A stretch of DNA of 64,000 nt from an uncultured Actinomycetes bacterium (GCA_963709345.1 CAVPVX010000004.1:256001-320000), one strand, 5' to 3'; counted from the stretch's first letter, positions 46,688 to 56,646 are shown. Numbers and translations are program-made. Notes: generated by a model not told the origin, from the letters alone.

Positions 46688-46945
46688 TCAGGACACCGCG
46701 AATGGCATATCCGGGAGGGACCACACCACGTCTTCGGCGCGGCGCTCGCCGTGGCGCCGCTCCGCGAGCGGCCCCGACCCGCTGACCCACCGGGGGCGCC
46801 GGCGCTCGCCGACGCGCCGGTCGACGACGACCTTGACGTCGCCACGGTCGGCGAAGCCGTTCGTCAGCCTCTTGTAGAAGTAGCCCTCGAGCTGTCGCGG
46901 GATCACGATGACTCGTGGCTTGGCGCTCTCCATCGTCGCGGGCAT
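46688..46945 (-). CDS. Small protein with DRRxGERR motifs
   Basis: RBS GGAGGAGG; VKVVVDRRVGERRR...AERRHGERR. Confidence 0.6.
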   Translation of the reverse strand: MPATMESAKPRVIVIPRQLEGYFYKRLTNGFADRGDVKVVVDRRVGERRRPRWVSGSGPLAERRHGERRAEDVVWSLPDMPFAVS

Positions 46946-46990
46946 GCGATCCTCCTCCGACACCCTTAAGCTACCACCGAACGTGGTATG

Positions 46991-48688
46991 TCATTCGCTC
47001 CCGAGTGCCGTTTCTCCTTGCCCTCCTCGCGGCGCCTTCGCCTCGCCGGCGTCCGCCCCCGCCGCTCCGGCGCCCGCGGCTTCCCGGTCGCGCACGTGGC
47101 TGCGCAGGAGCAGGGCGCAGGCGCCGCCCGCGGCGGCGAGACCGACGGCGACCATGAAGGTGCTGGCCATGGCGTCGGTGAACCAGCCCTTGAACATGGA
47201 CTCCATCATCGTCCGCGCCATCGCCGGCATGCCGTCGCCCTCCGGGACGCTCAGCTGCATGGACCCGCTGCCGGCGGCGTCGATGATCTGCCGCTTCAGG
47301 GCGTCCGAGATGCCCTGCACCCCCTGGACGCCCTCGGCGATGGTGGCCGTGACCCGGTTCTGCAGCACGGCTCCGAGTACGGCGATGCCCATGAGGCTGC
47401 CGACCTGGCGCATGGTCGAGAGTACGCCAGAGGCGTTGCCGACGCGATCCTTCGGGGCGGTCGCCATCACCGCGGAGGTGACCGGGGCGACGGCGAGGCC
47501 GATGCCGATGCCGGAGAGGACGAAGGGGGCGAAGAGGCTCGCCGGCGTCGTGTCCGGGGAGATCTTCGCGGCGCCGGGGATCAGGCCGGCCATCCATCCG
47601 AGGCCCACGGCGAGCAGCAGCATGCCGAGAGCGACGATCCACTTGCTCCCAAGGCGGTCGGAGAGCCAGCCGGCCAGTGGCGCGGCGACGATGATGACGA
47701 CGGACATCGGCGCCATCACGAGCCCCGCCTTGATGGCGCTGTAGCCGAGCACGGACTGCAGGAAGATCGGGATGATGAAGAAGGCGCCCATCATCGCCGC
47801 GCTGAGCAGCAGGCCGGTGACGTTGCCGGCCGCGAAATTGAGACTGCGGAACAGCGAGAAGTCGATCAGTGGCTGGCTCACGCGGTGCTCGCGCCGGTAG
47901 AAGAGCGCGAAGGCGACGATGGCGGCGGCGAAGAGCCCGAGGATGGCCGCCGAGGTCCAGCCGTAGTTCTGTCCCTCCACGAGGGCGAACGTCAGGCAGA
48001 AGAGCGACGCGGAGACCAGGCCGACGCCGGGAAGGTCGAGCGTCTCGACGGCGGTCGGGTTCTTGCTCTCCGGCACGAGGCGGAGCGTGAGGAACACGCC
48101 GGCGACGCCGATGGGGATGTTGACCAGGAAGATCCAGCGCCAACTGTCCGCCGCCGCCGGCCAGGTGATGTACTGGATGATGACGCCTCCCAGCGTCGGG
48201 CCGATGGCCGTGGCGAGGCCGGAGACGCCGCCCCAGACGCCCATGGCGGCGCCGCGCCTTCCGGCGGGGAAGACGTCGGCGATGATGCTCAGGGTCGCCG
48301 GCATCATCGCCGCCCCGCCGATGCCCTGCAGCACGCGGAAGCCGATCAGGGCGTAGATGGTCGGCGCGAGGCCGCAGGCGAGCGAGCCGGCCGTGAACAG
48401 CGCCATGCCGCCGACGAACAGCTTGCGCCGGCCCCAGAGGTCGCCGAAGCGGCCGAGGGTCACGAGCAGGACGGCGAAGGCCAGGATATACGCGTTCATC
48501 ACCCACTCGATGTTGCTGAATGAGGTGTCGTAGTACGTCTGGATGCTCGGGATGGCGATGTTCACGATGGTGCCGTCGAGCAGGATCATGAAGAGGCCGA
48601 GGCAGAGCACTGCGAGCACCACCCACGGGCTGCGCGCCGCACCGGCGGACGAACCGTCGCCCGGAGTCTCGAGCGGAGGAGAGGTCAT
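46991..48688 (-). CDS. DHA2 (EmrB/QacA) MFS efflux transporter
   Basis: LDGTIVNIAIP, GRFGDLWGRR, WRWIFLVNIPIG, 14-TM pattern. Confidence 0.93.
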   Translation of the reverse strand: MTSPPLETPGDGSSAGAARSPWVVLAVLCLGLFMILLDGTIVNIAIPSIQTYYDTSFSNIEWVMNAYILAFAVLLVTLGRFGDLWGRRKLFVGGMALFTAGSLACGLAPTIYALIGFRVLQGIGGAAMMPATLSIIADVFPAGRRGAAMGVWGGVSGLATAIGPTLGGVIIQYITWPAAADSWRWIFLVNIPIGVAGVFLTLRLVPESKNPTAVETLDLPGVGLVSASLFCLTFALVEGQNYGWTSAAILGLFAAAIVAFALFYRREHRVSQPLIDFSLFRSLNFAAGNVTGLLLSAAMMGAFFIIPIFLQSVLGYSAIKAGLVMAPMSVVIIVAAPLAGWLSDRLGSKWIVALGMLLLAVGLGWMAGLIPGAAKISPDTTPASLFAPFVLSGIGIGLAVAPVTSAVMATAPKDRVGNASGVLSTMRQVGSLMGIAVLGAVLQNRVTATIAEGVQGVQGISDALKRQIIDAAGSGSMQLSVPEGDGMPAMARTMMESMFKGWFTDAMASTFMVAVGLAAAGGACALLLRSHVRDREAAGAGAAGADAGEAKAPRGGQGETALGSE

Positions 48689-49152
48689 GTGTCGTCCCTT
48701 CCTTTCAGCCTGACGATGAGAGCGCCGAGAAACGCGATCAGGGTGTCCGGGTCGATGCCGGGGAAGCCGGCGAAGACCGCATCGACGTGCCGGCGCCACT
48801 CGTCGTGCATGGCGGCCGCGTAGCCCTCGGCGCGACCGGCGAGCCGCACGTACACGACGCGCCGGTCGGCGGGGTCCGCCTCGCGGCGGACGACGCTCTT
48901 CTCGAGGAGCCGCGCGACGAGCTCGCTCGCTGCGGCGCGGCTGATCTCCAGGCCGTCCGCGAACTCGGTCATGGTGACGCGCCGGCGGTTGGCGATGAAG
49001 ACGACCGCCTCCATCTGGCGGCCGGTGAGCGGCTCGGCGGTCGCCGCCCGCCGGACCTGGGTGTGGTGCGGCGCCGACTCGTAGAGCGCGACGGCCAGCT
49101 CGGGCAGCAGTCGCGCGAGTCGGGTGGTGGTGTCCTCGGGGGGCGGTGCGAC
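48685..49152 (-). CDS. MarR family regulator (start codon unclear)
   Basis: LTGRQMEAV...ISRAAASELVARLLEKSVVRREADPADRRVVYVRL. ATGA overlap with the MFS gene. Confidence 0.8.
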   Translation of the reverse strand, partial: VAPPPEDTTTRLARLLPELAVALYESAPHHTQVRRAATAEPLTGRQMEAVVFIANRRRVTMTEFADGLEISRAAASELVARLLEKSVVRREADPADRRVVYVRLAGRAEGYAAAMHDEWRRHVDAVFAGFPGIDPDTLIAFLGALIVRLKGRDDT

Positions 49153-49209
49153 GCTCCTCCCGGCCCAGCTTCATCTGTAGGTCCGTGCCCGATCGCTCAC
49201 TCCCCACTT

Positions 49210-49246
49210 TACTTCGGTTCCCGAATACTACGGGTACCTTAGCATA
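49210..49246 (-). promoter_or_regulatory. -10 box (TATGCT) and putative MarR operator dyad TTCGG-TTC-CCGAA
   Basis: AT-richer patch upstream of marR containing an inverted repeat. Confidence 0.45.
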
Positions 49247-49372
49247 CTGCCGGGGTGGGCGAGGGCGCCGGTCCCGCGCTCGCGCGCGGCCGCCCAGTTT
49301 CCGTCGCCGCTCGTCCGCGAGTACACTTGGCGCAGCTGGACGCGTGGAAGCGATCACCGAGGAGACGCGATA

Positions 49373-52054
49373 GTGGAGCTGACCATCGATGGGCGGCAGG
49401 TGGCCGCCGAACCGGGCACGACGATCCTCCAGGCGGCGCGCGCCGCCGGCATCGACATCCCGACGCTCTGCCAGGACGACAGGCTGGAACCTTTCGCGGC
49501 CTGCCGCCTCTGTCTCGTCGAAGTGGAGGGCGCCAAGGCTCCGCTCGTCGCCTGCGATACGGAGGTCCGTGAGGGCATGGTCGTCGCCACCGAGACCGAG
49601 GACCTTGTGGACCAGCGCCGCGTGCTCATCGACCTGCTGCTCAGCGATCATCACAACGACTGCATCGTCTGCGATCAGGCCGGCGGCTGCCGGCTGCAGG
49701 AGCTGGCGTATCGCTACGACATCTCGGGCACGACCTATGCCGGCGCGACGCGCGAGTACCCGGCGCGCGACGACACGCCCTTCATCGCCTACGACCCCGG
49801 CAAGTGCATCCTGTGCGGCCGCTGCGTCGCCATCTGCCAGGAGGTCCAGGGGTGCGAGGTCCTCGACTTCGCCGAGCGCGGCTTCGACTCGGTCATCACG
49901 ACCTCGTTCGGCCGCTCCATGGTCGAGACCGACTGCGAGATGTGCGGCAACTGCGTGAGCGCCTGTCCTACCGGCGCCCTGCAGGACAAGCTCAGCCGGC
50001 AGCAGTGCCGCATCTGGGACGCCGAGGTCGTGCGCAGCGTCTGCCCCTTCTGCGGCTGCGGCTGCACACTCGACCTGCACGTCAAGGACGGCCGCGTCAT
50101 CCAGGTCACCTCGCCGGTCGGCGAGGGCGCCGGCGAGGGTAATCTCTGCGTCAAGGGGCGGTACGGGTTCCAGTTCATCGGCCACGCGGACCGCCTGACT
50201 CAGCCCTTGGTGCGCCGCGCCGGCGAGCTCGTGCCGGCCACGTGGGACGAGGCCCTCGACCTGACGGCCGCGAAACTGACCGCCATCAAGGTCGAGCACG
50301 GCGCCGACGCGCTCGTCGGCTTCTCGTCGGCCCGGTGCACCAACGAGGACAACTACGTCTTCCAGAAGTTCATGCGCGCCGTGCTGGGCACGCAGAACGT
50401 CGACCACTGTGCCCGGCTCTGCCACGCGAGCACGGTCACCGGCCTGCGCCAGTCACTGGGCAGCGGCGCCATGACCAACTCGTTCAAGGACATCGAGGAC
50501 GCCGAGGCGATCCTCATCATCGGCTCGAACACGAGCGAGGCGCATCCCATCGGCGCGCTGCACATCAAGAAGGCCATGCGCAAGGGCGCCAAGCTCATCG
50601 TCGTCGACCCGCGGCGCATAGACATGGCCCGCCGCGCCGACTACCACCTTCAGCTTCTGCCCGGCACCAACGTGGCGGTCGTCAACGGCCTGATGAACGT
50701 CATCCTCACCGAGCGACTGACCGACCCCGATTTCATCGCCGCGCGCACCGAGGGCTTCGACGAGCTTCCCGAGGTGCTTGCGGCTTACACGCCGGAGGTC
50801 GTCGAGCAGATCTCCGGCGTTCCCGCCGAGACGCTGCGTGAGGCCGCGCGGGCCTTCGCCACGGCCGGCAGGGGCGCCATCTTCTATGCGATGGGCATCA
50901 CACAGCACTCGCACGGCACGGAGCACGTGCTCGCGCTGAGCAACCTCGCGCTCATGACCGGCAACCTCGGCCGGCCCGGCGTCGGCGTCAATCCGCTGCG
51001 CGGCCAGAACAACGTACAGGGAGCCTGTGACATGGGCGCCCTGCCGAACGTCTACACGGGCTATCAGTCGGTCGGCGATCCCGCCGCACAGGCGAAGTTC
51101 GATGAGGCGTGGGGAGTCACGCTCCCCGACAAGCCCGGCCTCACGGTCACCGAGGCCGTCGACGGCATGCACGCCGGCACCGTGCGCGGCCTGTTCGTGA
51201 TGGGCGAGAACCCCATGCTCTCGGATCCTGACCAGACACACGTCGAGGAGGCGCTGCGCGGCCTCGACTTCCTCGTGGTCCAGGACATCTTCCTCACCGA
51301 GACGGCGGCCCTCGCCGACGTCGTCCTGCCGGCGGCCAGCTTCGCCGAGAAGGATGGGACCTTCACGAACACCGAGCGCAAGGTGCAGCGCGTGCGCAAG
51401 GCGGTGCCCAGTCCGGGCGAGGCGCGCGAAGACTGGGCCATCGTCGCCGAGCTGGCGCGCCGCATCGGCGCGACCGACGGCTGGGACTACCGGCACCCGC
51501 GTGACATCGTCGACGAGATCGACCGCCTGACGCCGTCGTACGCAGGCATCACCTACGAGCGGCTCGACGACGAGGGCGGCCTCTGCTGGCCGTGCCCGGA
51601 CACGTCACATCCGGGCACGCCGATCCTGCACATCGGCGAGTTCACGCGTGGGAGGGGCAAATTCTACCCTGTCGCCTACCAGGCGCCGGCCGAGGTCGCC
51701 GACGAGGAGTACCCGTTGACGCTGACCACCGGGCGCATGCTCGAGCACTACCACACGGGCACGATGACGCGGCGCTCCGACGGGCTCAACGAGCTCGTGC
51801 CCACCGGTTTCGTCGAGGTGCATCCCGACGACGCTCTGCGACTCGGTCTGGAAGACGGCATCGAGGTCACGGTCGAGACGCGCCGCGGCTTCATCCGCAC
51901 GCCGGCGAACGTGACGGCGCGGGTGCGCCAGGGCACCGTGTTCGTGCCCTTCCACTTCTGGGAGGCGCCGGCGAACCGGCTCACCAACACGGCGCGCGAC
52001 CCCATGGCCAAGATCCCCGAGTTCAAGGTGTGCGGCTGCCGGGTCACGGCCTGA
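49373..52054 (+). CDS. fdhF: Formate dehydrogenase alpha subunit with N-terminal NuoG-like Fe-S domains (Cys-type)
   Basis: IPTLC...CRLC, HxxxCxxC, two CxxCxxC ferredoxin motifs, CPFCGCGC, DHCARLCH, LRGQNNVQG, PEFKVC. Confidence 0.93.
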   Translation: MELTIDGRQVAAEPGTTILQAARAAGIDIPTLCQDDRLEPFAACRLCLVEVEGAKAPLVACDTEVREGMVVATETEDLVDQRRVLIDLLLSDHHNDCIVCDQAGGCRLQELAYRYDISGTTYAGATREYPARDDTPFIAYDPGKCILCGRCVAICQEVQGCEVLDFAERGFDSVITTSFGRSMVETDCEMCGNCVSACPTGALQDKLSRQQCRIWDAEVVRSVCPFCGCGCTLDLHVKDGRVIQVTSPVGEGAGEGNLCVKGRYGFQFIGHADRLTQPLVRRAGELVPATWDEALDLTAAKLTAIKVEHGADALVGFSSARCTNEDNYVFQKFMRAVLGTQNVDHCARLCHASTVTGLRQSLGSGAMTNSFKDIEDAEAILIIGSNTSEAHPIGALHIKKAMRKGAKLIVVDPRRIDMARRADYHLQLLPGTNVAVVNGLMNVILTERLTDPDFIAARTEGFDELPEVLAAYTPEVVEQISGVPAETLREAARAFATAGRGAIFYAMGITQHSHGTEHVLALSNLALMTGNLGRPGVGVNPLRGQNNVQGACDMGALPNVYTGYQSVGDPAAQAKFDEAWGVTLPDKPGLTVTEAVDGMHAGTVRGLFVMGENPMLSDPDQTHVEEALRGLDFLVVQDIFLTETAALADVVLPAASFAEKDGTFTNTERKVQRVRKAVPSPGEAREDWAIVAELARRIGATDGWDYRHPRDIVDEIDRLTPSYAGITYERLDDEGGLCWPCPDTSHPGTPILHIGEFTRGRGKFYPVAYQAPAEVADEEYPLTLTTGRMLEHYHTGTMTRRSDGLNELVPTGFVEVHPDDALRLGLEDGIEVTVETRRGFIRTPANVTARVRQGTVFVPFHFWEAPANRLTNTARDPMAKIPEFKVCGCRVTA

Positions 52055-52080
52055 GGGTGCGGGAGCGGTAGTCACCACCT

Positions 52081-52782
52081 TTGATACCGCTCCACGACGA
52101 CATACCGACGCGCCGCTTTCCCGTGGTCACCGCGGCGCTCATCGCCACCAACGTCGCCGTGTTCGTCGTGCAACTGCTGCTGCCGCGCTGGGGGATCACG
52201 CTCGAGGGTTGGTACTACTTGGCGGGTGCGCGCCCGTTCGAGCTCACCCACCAGGTCGACCTGCCGCCCTTCGGCTACGTCCCCTGGTGGGCGACGCTGT
52301 TCACGTCCATGTTCGTCCACGGCGGCTGGCTGCATCTCGCTTTCAACATGCTGTACCTGTGGATCTTCGGCAACAACGTCGAGGATGCCATGACACGGTC
52401 GCGGTTCGTCGCCTTCTATGTGGTGTGCGGCCTCGTCGCGACGACGGCGCAGGTGCTCGTCGCTCCTGACAGCGATGTGCCGCTGATCGGCGCCAGCGGT
52501 GCGATCGCCGGGGTGCTCGGCGCCTACCTGGTCCTCTTCCCCGGAGCCAGGGTGCTCGCGGTGATCCCCCTTGTCGTCGTCTTCCCCGTGATCGAGATCC
52601 CGGCTTGGATGCTGCTGGTTCTGTGGTTCGTGCTCCAGAGCGTCAGCGGCATCCAGTCGCTGGGTACGGGTGAGGCCGGGGTCGCCTTCTTCGCTCACCT
52701 CGGCGGCTTCGTGGCCGGCATGGTCCTGGTGTTCCTGTTCGCCGGGCGCCGGCCGGGCGTTCGCGCCCGGCGCCGGGTGTAA
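52081..52782 (+). CDS. Rhomboid family intramembrane protease
   Basis: MFVHGGWLHLAFNM, IGASGAI, AHLGGF. Confidence 0.92.
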   Translation: MIPLHDDIPTRRFPVVTAALIATNVAVFVVQLLLPRWGITLEGWYYLAGARPFELTHQVDLPPFGYVPWWATLFTSMFVHGGWLHLAFNMLYLWIFGNNVEDAMTRSRFVAFYVVCGLVATTAQVLVAPDSDVPLIGASGAIAGVLGAYLVLFPGARVLAVIPLVVVFPVIEIPAWMLLVLWFVLQSVSGIQSLGTGEAGVAFFAHLGGFVAGMVLVFLFAGRRPGVRARRRV

Positions 52783-52804
52783 GCTAGCCGGCAGGGGCCA
52801 TGCC

Positions 52805-53623
52805 ATGATCGCCGACTATCACATCCACACGTTCATGTGCCGTCACGCGGAGGGTGAGCCGCGCGAGTACGTCGAGCGCGCCCTCGCGGTGGGCATGACG
52901 GAGATGGGCTTCGCCGACCACCTGCCGTTTCTCGGCGGGTGGGAGCCCAGCCACGACCTCAAGGACGACTGGTCGATGCGCCCGCACGAGCTCGACGACT
53001 ACGTCTCCATGGTGGCGGGACTCGCCCGGGAGTACGCCTCCGATCTGCGCATCCTCGTGGGCATCGAGGCCGACTACATCGAGGACACGCTGGACGAGAC
53101 CGCTGCGGCGCTGGCCGACTACCCCTTCGACTACGTGATCGGCTCGGTGCACATCGTCGGCGACCGTTTCGGCTTCGATCACCCCGACATGCTGCACCGT
53201 CTCCCGGAGTACGGCATCGACCGCATCTACCTCGAGAGCCTGGAGTTGGCGCGCCGCGCCGCCGAGAGCGGGCTCTTCGACGTCATAGGACACCTCGATC
53301 ACGCGAAGAAGCTCGGCCGCCGGCCGAGCGACGAGGCGGCCGTGGCGGCCGCCGCGTCCGCGGCGCTGCGCGCCGCGGCGGCGGCCGGCTGCGCGCTCGA
53401 GCTCAACACGGCCGGGTGGCGCAAGCCGGTCGACGATCCGTTTCCGGGGCCGGCGCTGCTGGCGGAGGCCCGGCGGCTTGACATCCCGCTCGTGTTCGGC
53501 TCCGACGCGCATCGCCCGGGCGACGTGGGACACGCGTTCGAGCGTGCCGCCTCGGTGGCCCGGGATGCCGGGTATGAGTCGCTCCTCTGTCTGTCCGGCG
53601 AGTGCGCCGAGGCGTTGCCGTGA
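52805..53623 (+). CDS. hisK: PHP-family histidinol-phosphatase (HisJ/HisK)
   Basis: DYHIHT..CRHA, FADHLP, IGSVH, GHLD, ELNTAG, GSDAH. Confidence 0.85.
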   Translation: MIADYHIHTFMCRHAEGEPREYVERALAVGMTEMGFADHLPFLGGWEPSHDLKDDWSMRPHELDDYVSMVAGLAREYASDLRILVGIEADYIEDTLDETAAALADYPFDYVIGSVHIVGDRFGFDHPDMLHRLPEYGIDRIYLESLELARRAAESGLFDVIGHLDHAKKLGRRPSDEAAVAAAASAALRAAAAAGCALELNTAGWRKPVDDPFPGPALLAEARRLDIPLVFGSDAHRPGDVGHAFERAASVARDAGYESLLCLSGECAEALP

Positions 53624-54510
53624 GGCCGGCCGGCCGGCGGCTCGCCGCCGTCTTCAACGCGCACTCCGGCGGCGGAGGGTATCAGCGCGACATCCCGCTG
53701 ATCTTCGAGGCGCTGCGTGGTCTGGGGTACGAGGTGGAGGAGCGCGAGACGCAGGGGCCCGGCGATGCCACGCGGCTCGCCCGCGAAGCCGTCGCCGACG
53801 GCTGCGATCTCGTCTGCGCCGTCGGCGGCGACGGCACCGTCAACGAGACTATCAACGGCTTGGCCGGGAGCGAGGTCCCCCTCGCCATCGTGCCGACCGG
53901 CACGGTCAACGTGCTCGCGATGGAGCTCGGCATACCGCTCGAGCCGCCCGACGCCGTGCGGCTCCTCGAGGCCGGCACGGTGTCCTGGATCGATCTCGGG
54001 CTCGCCGGAGAGCGCTACTTCGGGCTCATGGCCGGAGTCGGCATGGACGCCGCGGTGGTCGCGTCCCTGAACCCGACCATGAAGAAGGCCCTGAAGGAGG
54101 CGGCGTTCGCCGTTCAGGGCCTTGCCACGTACCTCACCCACGAGGAGCCGCTCATACGTGTGGCATGCGCCGAACGCGCCGTCGAAGGGTACTTCGCCGT
54201 CTTCGGCAACTCGTCCAACTACGGAGGCGCGTTCGGCATCACGCCGCTAGCCGACATGCGCGACGGGTTGCTCGACGTCTGCGTGCTCAAGGACAAGTCG
54301 TTCCTCAGCACCGTCTGGTACTGGACGGCAGCGCTCATCAACGCCCACATCAAGCACCCGAAGGTCGAGTACTTCCGCACGGAGCGCGCCATGGTCACGA
54401 CGGTCGAGGAGGGCAAGGAGGTGCTCGTGCAGACCGACGGAGAGGTCGCCGGCAAGCTGCCGCTCGAGTGTCGCGTGGTCCCGCATGCCCTGCGCGTGGT
54501 GGTGCCGTGA
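53620..54510 (+). CDS. YegS/DAGK-family lipid kinase
   Basis: GGDGTVNE, PTGTVNVLA, DGLLDV, QTDGE. Confidence 0.9.
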   Translation: MRPAGRRLAAVFNAHSGGGGYQRDIPLIFEALRGLGYEVEERETQGPGDATRLAREAVADGCDLVCAVGGDGTVNETINGLAGSEVPLAIVPTGTVNVLAMELGIPLEPPDAVRLLEAGTVSWIDLGLAGERYFGLMAGVGMDAAVVASLNPTMKKALKEAAFAVQGLATYLTHEEPLIRVACAERAVEGYFAVFGNSSNYGGAFGITPLADMRDGLLDVCVLKDKSFLSTVWYWTAALINAHIKHPKVEYFRTERAMVTTVEEGKEVLVQTDGEVAGKLPLECRVVPHALRVVVP

Positions 54511-54550
54511 GCATCGCAGGCCTTCGCCGCGGTGCGGGAGGCGAGCAGAG

Positions 54551-56005
54551 ATGAGGCCGCGTATCACGCCAGCCCCGGCGGCCGAGCTCGACGCCATTCA
54601 CGCCGCGACCCTGCGCGTGCTGGACGAGGTCGGCGTCGTCTTCCCGAGCCGCGACGCCCAAGAGCTGCTGGCGGCGGCCGGCGCTGTGGTCAACGCCAGG
54701 ACCGGTGTCGTCAGGATCCCACCACGACTCGTCGGGGAGGCGCTGGATGCGGCGCCTCGCGACGTGCTGCTCGCCGGTCGCGACGCCGCGCGCGACGTGC
54801 GCTGCGACGGCGACGAGGTGTGCCTGACGCTCGACGGCACCGGCGCGTACACGCTCGACCACCACAGCTGGGAGCGACGTACCTCGACGATGCGCGATCT
54901 CGCCGACGCCGCGCTGGTCGCCGATGCCTCGGCGGAGATCGGTGTCGTCTGGAACATCGTGAGCGCGGCCGACGCACCGGCAAACACCCAGGTCCTCGAC
55001 GAGCTCGTCGCCTGCGTGTCCCACACCGGGAAGCACGTGCAGGGGGAGGTACAGCGCGCCGCGGAGGTGCCGTACGTGCTGGACATCCTCGCCGCCGCGA
55101 GCGATGAGGGGCGCTGGCGCCCAGAGCGCCCCTTCTTCTCCATCGTGTACTGCCCGGTCCCGCCTCTTCAGCACGAGCCGGAGATGCTCGACGCAGCCCT
55201 CGCGCTGGCGCGCGCGGGCGTGCCGATGTGCGTCTACAGCATGGGCCTCGCCGGGGCGACCGCCCCGGTCACTCTTGCCGGCGCCGTCATGCAGGCGAAC
55301 GCGGAGATCCTCAGCTCCATCGTCCTCTTCCAGCTCGCGCGTCCGGGTCTGGGCTGCATCTACGTCGCCGACACCGGCGTGCTCGACATGCACGCCGGCG
55401 TGTACGCCGCCGCCTCACCGGAGTCGGTGCTCATCACCCAGGCGATGGCCGGTCTGGCCCGCCGCTACGAGCTCCCCATGATGGCGACGGGCTTCACCGG
55501 CGACGCCAACGAGTTCTCGTGGATGAGCGGGAGCGACGCCGGGATGACGGGTCTGGCCGCGGCGCTCATGGACCCGGACCTGCTCTGCGGCGCCGGCATG
55601 CACGACGGCGCCCAGATGCTCTCGCTGCCCAAGATCCTGCTGGACTGCGAGCTCTTCCGCCAGTGCGTCAGGGTGCGCGCGGGGCTTACGGTCGACGAGG
55701 AGCACCTGATGACCGATGTCGTCGCGAACGTCGGACCGGGCGGCCACTTCCTCAAGGCGCGGGAGACGCGCCGGTTCCTGCGTGCCGGCGAGCTGTTCAG
55801 CCCGCGGTTGCAGCTGCGCGAACCGTTCGAGGCGTGGAGTGCCGAGCGGCCGGAGGGGGTCCGGAGCTCGGCCGAAGTGGACCGCGCGGTCGCGGCCGTC
55901 GAGGAGATCCTCGCGACCCATCGCCCCAAGCCGCTGCCGCCGGGGGCGAGCGACCGTATCGCCGGCGTCCTCGCGGCTGCACGCCGCGACCTGGACGCTC
56001 GCTGA
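54551..56005 (+). CDS. Trimethylamine methyltransferase (MttB) superfamily, non-pyrrolysine
   Basis: IHAATLRVLDEVGV, GATAPVTLAGAVMQANAEIL, GAGMHD, VGPGGHFL. No in-frame amber codon. Confidence 0.88.
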   Translation: MRPRITPAPAAELDAIHAATLRVLDEVGVVFPSRDAQELLAAAGAVVNARTGVVRIPPRLVGEALDAAPRDVLLAGRDAARDVRCDGDEVCLTLDGTGAYTLDHHSWERRTSTMRDLADAALVADASAEIGVVWNIVSAADAPANTQVLDELVACVSHTGKHVQGEVQRAAEVPYVLDILAAASDEGRWRPERPFFSIVYCPVPPLQHEPEMLDAALALARAGVPMCVYSMGLAGATAPVTLAGAVMQANAEILSSIVLFQLARPGLGCIYVADTGVLDMHAGVYAAASPESVLITQAMAGLARRYELPMMATGFTGDANEFSWMSGSDAGMTGLAAALMDPDLLCGAGMHDGAQMLSLPKILLDCELFRQCVRVRAGLTVDEEHLMTDVVANVGPGGHFLKARETRRFLRAGELFSPRLQLREPFEAWSAERPEGVRSSAEVDRAVAAVEEILATHRPKPLPPGASDRIAGVLAAARRDLDAR

Positions 56006-56006
56006 C

Positions 56007-56600
56007 CTACAGGCCCATCACCTGGGCCAGCGCGCGGAGGCGCTCCGCGTATTCCTTTCGCGCCTTGGGGTCCCGGCCCTGGAGCTCCGCCGGTTCGGCG
56101 ACCGGGACGATCTTGAAGGCCGGGTTGTCGAAGAGCCGGAGCTCGAGGGAGTCGCCGGGGGCGTAGGGCGGGTTCTTGAAGAGCTTGCCGAGGAGGAAGC
56201 GTGTCGTCGGTTCGCCGACCGTGAGCACGTAGTGCGGCGTGGTGATCGTGAGTTCCCGCGAGAGATACGGGTAGCAGGCTTCGAGCTCGTCGTCTGTGGG
56301 GTCGCGCAGGGCGTCGCCGCCGCGCGGGACGCACTTGACGAGCGTCGTCGTGTAGACCTGCTCACGGCTCTCTGCAAGCGCCGGCATGAACTCGGCCAGC
56401 GCTTCGACCGTGGCCTGGCCGGCGACCCGGCCCTCGTCTTCGTCGGCCGGGTCGGGGGCGAGCGAGACGACCATCACCGAGCAGTGCGGGTGACCACCTC
56501 CGGGGACGGCGCGGAGCCGGCTTGCCGCCAGTCCCTCGCAGCGGGTGCACCCGCCGACGCTCCGCGCCAGTTTGTCCAGTTGTTCGATCGCGTCTTCCAT
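56007..56600 (-). CDS. Family-4 uracil-DNA glycosylase homologue, catalytically degenerate
   Basis: CTRC...VPGGG...VKCVP...RDPTDDELEACYPYL retained; GEAPG, PFVG, Asn and HP motifs replaced. Confidence 0.75.
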   Translation of the reverse strand: MEDAIEQLDKLARSVGGCTRCEGLAASRLRAVPGGGHPHCSVMVVSLAPDPADEDEGRVAGQATVEALAEFMPALAESREQVYTTTLVKCVPRGGDALRDPTDDELEACYPYLSRELTITTPHYVLTVGEPTTRFLLGKLFKNPPYAPGDSLELRLFDNPAFKIVPVAEPAELQGRDPKARKEYAERLRALAQVMGL

Positions 56601-56646
56601 GAAGGCCTCTCTCTCGTCGAGCCGGCCGGCGGCGCCGGCCGGGAGG

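Noticed and set aside
46991-50425. 1144-aa ORF suggesting a giant MFS fusion
   Set aside because: The N-terminal extension is the antisense shadow of fdhF plus an off-frame reading of marR. The real MFS starts at 48688.
50400-50430. Possible selenocysteine in formate dehydrogenase
   Set aside because: The active-site codon is TGC (DHCARLCH). There is no in-frame TGA.
54551-56005. Possible pyrrolysine read-through in MttB
   Set aside because: The ORF is continuous with no in-frame TAG.
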